Notes under the pieces: generated by a model | Database searches by the model: none | The model's input: the letters and a program-made list of their open reading frames with translations, nothing else | What the model was told of the DNA's origin: nothing | Source: Antedon mediterranea | Lineage: Eukaryota > Animalia > Echinodermata | Assembly: GCF_964355755.1 (NCBI RefSeq) | Contig: NC_092672.1 | Coordinates: 28,278,437-28,342,436 of the forward strand | DNA: 64,000 nucleotides | Direction of reading: 5' to 3' | Part shown: positions 1 to 64,000 of the stretch, one piece after another | How the letters are laid out: each line of letters opens with the position of its first letter | Position numbering within the stretch: position 1 is the first letter of the stretch | Program-made: the position numbers and the translations under genes

Positions 1-57538
<57,538 letters not shown>

Positions 57539-57981
57539 GTCTGATTCACCGTCGTACGCCACTTTGGTCTCAATTCAGTACAAACTTGGAATGTTAGGTT
57601 CAGAAGAGGCTATTGTACAGTAGTACAACACTGCCTGCAAGAAAATGAAAATAAAAAGAAATTATGAACTAAAGTACGTTTAGCTAGCACCTTGTCAAGA
57701 AATTCTGTATCTGCCTCTAGCTCCTGCCAAATCGAGAGTACGATGTTATAGAAACCAATTGCGATGACAGAGAACCAAAAACCAATCTAAACTAAGTCAG
57801 ATCAATAGATGGATCGTAGGTCATCGTCTGGACCTACTGTATAAACAATCAAACCTGTGTCAAGGTGAGAAGCGAGGACACATGTCCCAATACTCCCACA
57901 TGCGCACAATTAACTAACATGACCTAGTTTGGTTGTCAGCACAGTGACATAGTTGTGTCATTGGTTGTTGCAAATATCCAA

Positions 57982-58376
57982 AGCCCGTCGCACACTAGAG
58001 CTTTCGGCTGAGCCAACTGGCAAGAGTGACACTTGGCTCACATTGTGCGCCGGGGAATTTGTGAGGAATCGGCCACGCGTGCCGCTGAGGAAAACATCTA
58101 TCGTGTTTAATATTTTTTGGCACGCGTGTCGTTTTCCTCAAGTGTACACCAAACTTGAGCAGATAGAAAACTACAAAATTCCACTGCACATGACATGTTC
58201 TGACTTATTATAATATATCAGCGCGTGCCGTATAGTGTATTAAGTAATTGTCCAATCAGAAAGTGTGTTTAGTATGCGTCCGATAGAACGCGATCACAGT
58301 TTGCGGCAACTTTTTAGTGAGCCAAGTGTTACTCGCGCCAGTAGGCTCAGCCGAAAGCTCTAGTGTGCGCCGGGCT
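57982..58376. mobile_element. MITE with about 60-bp TIRs; degenerate inverted relative at about 735-1060
   Basis: AGCCCGTCGCACACTAGAGCTTTCGGCTGAGCC...GGCTCAGCCGAAAGCTCTAGTGTGCGCCGGGCT; internal segment 58250-58315 matches the reverse complement of 775-845. Confidence 0.8.
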
Positions 58377-59714
58377 TTAATAAATAATAGTAATAATTTT
58401 GCTATGATAACATATTTAAATAAACTCCGAAAAAGTGAGGCAAGCCATTATGATTCTATATTTCAAACATTACAGTAGTTGTTCATCTTCTGAAGGGAAT
58501 TATATAATAAGGGCTTGCCTCACTTTTTTTCAGAGTTTATCATATTCAATATGCGATGATGCAATTAGTGAGGATGAGAACATGACTCTCAGACCTGTCT
58601 GTGATGTGACCTGTCATTTTACAAGTCCTTAGGCATATTGCTTATAGATAATGTTGCTTCATCCTTCGGATGAGACATTATTAAGTCGTGTTGACAGGGT
58701 TATTGGAAATTTAATACACTTTAGAATGAATTGAAATGTGATAAAATGCCATTTATTATAATAATAATAATAAATATGATCTATCTATAAATGGAAAAAT
58801 GATAAAATGTGACAGTACACAATCTCAACAATAAGGTGTACAGAGTTCTGTACTGTAAAATATTTCTATATAGAAAATGTTAATGTTTGGAACATCATAT
58901 AAACAAAAAGGTCAACAGTACACACTGTTTTACACTTTTAAACGGTCGTGGAGAATTGAAGCGGGGGGGGGGGGGGGTTATTTTCTATCAAAATGTATTT
59001 CCATAGTAATTAGTATTTTCTTATTTGTTTCTGTAATAAACGCTTGAAAACCCTGTCTGTTTATTTATAACTGTTGTAGGTCAAGGTCTGACGACTAATG
59101 ATGGTGATACCATATTTCATCTAAAGAGGAATAAACAAAATCTTAAGTTAGTTAAGATAAAAGGTACCAAGCTTGATTAGCTTCGGCTATACCTTGGCTA
59201 CCTTTTGTATTGAAATTGTTTTTTGTTTGTTTTGTTTGATACATTTGTAACATTACTAGGCCTAGTAGGCCCCATTTACTATTACTATTAATTAATAATA
59301 AAATTACTCAATAACCAATTGTCTGTACTGTCTGGTTCAACTAAAATAGTTTAATTTACAAACAATATTGCAACTCTAAAATGATTCATTGTGACTACAA
59401 ATAATCCTAGGCTACCTAACTCCGTCACAGATAGTAAAATGTTTATGTATTGGGTTACCAAATGAATGAATTTGCTGTACATCAGCCAATAGAGAGGAGA
59501 GACAGTCAAATTTCAAGTATCCTAGGCTATAGCCTAGGCTAGGCCTAGCCTAGGCCTAGCGGAGTAGAAAAACATTATACGATTCACAATAACTCATTGG
59601 TTGTTTTCAAATTAAACACCAATTAAACTAGCACTAAACACACTAGTTTTCCAAAATATATATTTTATAAAAAATGTATTGATTTTACAAGTAAAATAAA
59701 TCAGAAACACTCAC

Positions 59715-60350
59715 CAAATAAAATAAGTTATGGGACACTCCTAAATGAATGACTCAAAAAAGGAACAATCTTGATCAAAATAATTTCACCTTTGACCCTG
59801 TAAGTCACTTGGAATAGTTCATAAACATAGGGGTATTTAAATTTAAAATAGAAAGGTAATATAACGTAATTAACTACACGTTACTTGTTAATTTAGTCAT
59901 AATAATAATTACAGATAAATAGGCACACAATTTGAATATTTAAAAGCTTACAAATAATAATAATGAGTGATTATTTTGTACAGTTTATTTCTCATTCACC
60001 TTCATTGAATCGTTTATCCATTTACCAAACTTTACTACACACCAATGACTTTCGTCTTTTTCCGGTATAAACAATAGAACTTTTATTCACACGACGTGTA
60101 CACTAAGTTGTTTAGGTAGACAAAAAACGTCAAGAAAAACCTTGGAGTTCGGAAATGGTAGTGGTTCGAACATGGAAAAAAGTGTTTCCGATTAACTTTC
60201 ACAGTAAGTATTGTATTAGTGATATAATACCGCATAATATAGGGACAAATTGTTTGTCTATCCTCCAGGCCCCCCACCCAGGCCGATCCGATTGGTAAAT
60301 CTCGGTAAGTCCGAAGTCACGTAAGTTTGTCAAAAAAAGATCGAAGTTGA
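59715..60350 (-). promoter_or_regulatory. Probable main promoter and non-coding first exon of aPKC
   Basis: Exon 1 begins with an acceptor, so an upstream exon is expected. Strong donor TTG|GTGAGT at 59714 (a second, AAG|GTGAAT, near 59999). CpG-richer patch, CCAAT box (ATTGG at 60291), and a TAGGCCTA cluster at 59520-59560. Confidence 0.5.
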
Positions 60351-60874
60351 AGGCCGCACTTTTTGTTAAGTACTCAATGACACAAGTAGCCCTACATACA
60401 GTACGCCTACTTAAACTATATATTTCACTAACTTGAACTAGACTAAAGCATGTCTACATACAGTTCTGCAGCCTAGGTAGGATCGAGTTTGTGCCCACTC
60501 GTATTCATAAGCATACAGTATACTGTAGCATATCTAAAATGAACAATTTGAAAATCTTTCAAATGGTTTATTAATAATCATTCACAAAATGCTACTCTGA
60601 ATTTTTCCAACAAACATTAAATCTTACTGTATAGTGTCTTCTTCCCAACAACAGTGGGTGGGAGTTGGGGGCGGAGGTGATGAGACCTACTCGATTGAGG
60701 GGGGGGGGGGGGGCGTGTTGGAGGTAACACTACTCTAAATGTGTGTTGAAATGAAAGAAAACATCAGATTGCGAATATAGCAATACACAAGTTTATTCAT
60801 ACAGTACAAAATTTGCATTTATATGACAATATGAATGGTGATACAAAATGTTTGCGGTTTGTTTTACATTCAAA

Positions 60875-61050
60875 AGTGACTGATCAATTTTATTGTAAAG
60901 TCACTGACCAATACATTGTTTTATGTGACTGACCAATTGCATTGTTTTGTTGAATGACCAATTGCATTGTTTTGATGACTGACCAATTGCATTGTAAAGT
61001 GACTGACCAATTGCATTGTAAAGTGACTGACCAATTGTTTTATAAAGTGA
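60875..61050. repeat. Minisatellite of about 24-26 bp, about 7 copies
   Basis: GTGACTGACCAATTGCATTGT. Confidence 0.88.
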
Positions 61051-62611
61051 AAATAAGTAATCACATCATAGTATTATTATGATGGTCATAATTAATACAT
61101 TGTCAATAGGCCATTAGTTGGAGGTCAAATTGCACATCATTTCTATTGTCATTTTGATTGATAAACACTTCTGTAACATCCACATAAACATTTTTTTATT
61201 TAAACAATATTTCTAGTTTGCAAGTAGGGATTTTCAATAACTTTTTCTAGATTCTAGACTTTTGAGGAGATGCAATGATTGAATGAAACTAATCTATACG
61301 TACCTGGCATATTGCTGGGGTGATTGGATTGGTTCTTTGCAAACCAAGCATGACACAAATTTAAACCACATTTGCAATTGTTCTTTTCGTGCCACTCCTT
61401 TAGACAGTTATGTTCAACGGCAGCATGAGAAAACAGTTACACTGCGGGAGCTTATAGTTTATTAGGGCTGAAAATATGGGTATTTGGAAACTCGGGTTGG
61501 GCATGCGCACACCCCAAACACGTCTGGGAAAAGAGAGTTTATGAAAACATTTTCTGTTAAATTTTGAGATGCACAGTAGTCTGGAGACTTCGTTTTGAAT
61601 GTCAACCTAGGCCAGTATAATAATAATTCACTGTCAGATAGTCATCGAATAATGGTCAAAAATAGTATTTCATCATGGTAAATTTTTTTTTGGTTATCTG
61701 CCGGCCAATCAATTATTGTCAGATGCGCGCCGTTTTTTTGTAAGAAATATTTCTTCTTTATAACATTTCTAATTGCAATGCCTTTTCAATATCCTTTTTC
61801 ACTTTAAAAACTCCATCCCATAATAGTCACTATTGTTATGCTAGATTCTTGTTCGACTATGTTTTTTCTATCATTGCTTTTAAGGACACGAATGTAAACT
61901 AATTCTTCTTCTTGCAAAAATGTATTGTGTCATCCGTAATCTCTTGTGATTTTTTTTCTTGCACTGTTATATAATAATAATAGATTCGAAATAAAAACAA
62001 ACAAACAAATCAAGCAACAAACGAATGCCTCAGTCTTCATGTTTATACAGTATGTAAATACGTCATTTTTTTGGAAGAGTCATAATATGGTAGAGTACAG
62101 TATATAATGATTCAGCAATGAGGAAGTCATTCAACTGGAAGATAAACAATTACAAGACCAATAACGTCACCTTCTGGCGTCGTATCTTCATTATATACTT
62201 ATTGTAATATAATGTTCACTGTATTTGACGGGAAGAGTTCTATCTAATAAACCATTTGTTTGGAATGAACATGTGACTAATAATGAATAATTAGTGTCCT
62301 TTTATAAAAGGACTGTCGCCTTTAAGATCAGCTACATTAGGAACACTGTGATCCAATTCAAAGGATCTAGTATTAAAGAAATCTATAAAATCCTTTAAAA
62401 TGGATTTAATATTTGAGTTTAAGGACGAAGAGAATTCATTTTGTTTTCCTTCTTATATCAGGTTGAGCGAAGAGGCTCTGGAAGCGGTTACGTGTATACA
62501 GGAGCAAGACTTCCATGGAATTAACAATTGTAAGTATAACTGCAGTACAAATAGATGCATTTTATCTTTTTTTTGTTGGTTAAGTTAAAATAGTAATGAG
62601 AAATTGAGGCT

Positions 62612-62776
62612 AAAGCTCTGTCTGCACTATCAAACTAGTTTGACAAAAAAAATGTGATCTGCCCAAATATGGTAGTGACATGCTTAAATATGGTAGTGAT
62701 ATGACATCATCATGTCCATATATGGGCACACCACATTTTTTTCCCACAAAAAGTTGGATAGTGTAGACAGAAAGCT
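62612..62776. mobile_element. Abundant MITE family (TIR AGCTCTGTCTACACTATCAAACT); other copies at about 1650-1785, 6677-6823, 6905-7050, 26718-26858, 29735-29866, 38903-39294 and 40035-40118
   Basis: Shared TIR and shared core GTGCCCAAATATGGTAGTGATATGACATCATCATGTCCATATGGGCAC; TAA/TTA flanks suggest Harbinger type. Confidence 0.85.
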
Positions 62777-64000
62777 CTATTGAGTTTCAGTTTCAGATTT
62801 GTCAACTAAAAGTTAAGAAAAATTTTAAAATTAATGTTTGCTTCGGTTATTTTAAAAAATGACTTCAAGCAAAAACATTGACTATAACACAAAGTTAAGT
62901 TGATTTTTTTTTGTAACATTAAAAAAAAAATCTGACCCCTGCGTCTAAAGAAAAACGATAACGTAGCTGCTTTCACTTTTATGGTAAGTTTTGTAATGAT
63001 GACATTACTTGCTATCCAGAAAGACTGTACGTGAGGTAAAATTTCATCTGCAGTTGCGTAGGACTGCAGTTAAAAATTGTTTCATATCACAGAAACCAGA
63101 TTTTTTTTATGGTTTTTGCAATCAATTAGAATTTTTATGACTTTTCAGATCGGTTTTGTAATGTTTGTGAAGAACCTCCTAAGGCAAGAAAATGCCGTAA
63201 AAATATGATATTAAATTGGGGCGTAACCACCAGTACGGTTATTAAAGTTTCAATCTGACCACTTTTTAACAGAATATTGACAACCCAGTGGCTTGGACAG
63301 AGATTGTTGCCTTTTTTTGCAACAACCACTTTATTAATCTTGTGGCTTCATTACTGAAAATACAATATTAACTCCGTTCTAAATTACAAATTTGATATTA
63401 AATCCATTGCTCCACTAGAAACCTTGACAGCTTTGCAGATATAGAAAGTGAGAGGATAGATCTTGTGGCAATCAATATTGACTGTGTTATTTATAGTTGT
63501 ACAAATAAAAATTGTATATGTTTGTTATTTGATATTGACGAGGAAGTTTTTAAACTTATTATATTTGTATTTTTTTACTGTATATAGCAAACTTGAAAAA
63601 TAAATTATAATTTATAACAGCAGCATTATAGCACTGTGTTATGCGCTGAACCATGAATTCCATAGCTTCCTTTGGTCCATGATTCGAATCCCAACACCGC
63701 TCTCCTACTTCCAGGCTGAAATACATGTAGATATAGCAACGTCTTTGGATAAAACGTTATGCTCAAAATTTAATTTTAGCTGAGTTGAATGTGTTCCCAT
63801 GTTTCTCCCTCTGAATCCACCCCTGAATTCACCCCCTGAAATTAACTAAAGCCTACAGTATCAGTTAATACCCGACCATACTCAACAGTACCATAGAATT
63901 TACCAGTCTCCATAAAAATGGTATTGAAAGTTCCATGGCGCTTTTAAATCTTAGTAAAACAGTGGTTAAAAGTACCTATATTGTAAATTTTTACCATTTT

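Overview
AT-rich animal genomic DNA. The repeat content (Deu-domain SINEs, Kolobok/T2 MITEs, an L2 fragment) suggests an invertebrate deuterostome, possibly an echinoderm; this is inference. Nearly the whole window is one minus-strand gene encoding atypical protein kinase C (aPKC, PRKCI/PRKCZ family). I traced 13 coding exons with canonical GT-AG borders and consistent phases, from the ATG at 57538 to the window edge. They total 1610 nt (about 536 codons) and cover PB1, pseudosubstrate, atypical C1, hinge, kinase domain and the start of the C-tail; the 3' end lies outside the window. A likely promoter and 5'UTR exon lie at about 59.7-60.35 kb. The introns contain many non-autonomous TEs and minisatellites. 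Four observations stand out. (1) Candidate internal first exons could give PB1-altered or PKM-like isoforms. (2) A 53-nt hinge exon is one base out of frame. (3) Two inverted TE pairs could pair in the pre-mRNA, and one brackets exactly 900 nt of phase-matched exons. (4) Two Penelope-type minimal hammerhead ribozyme relics lie antisense in the introns. Most ORFs in the supplied track look spurious. None of the isoform claims can be confirmed without transcript data.
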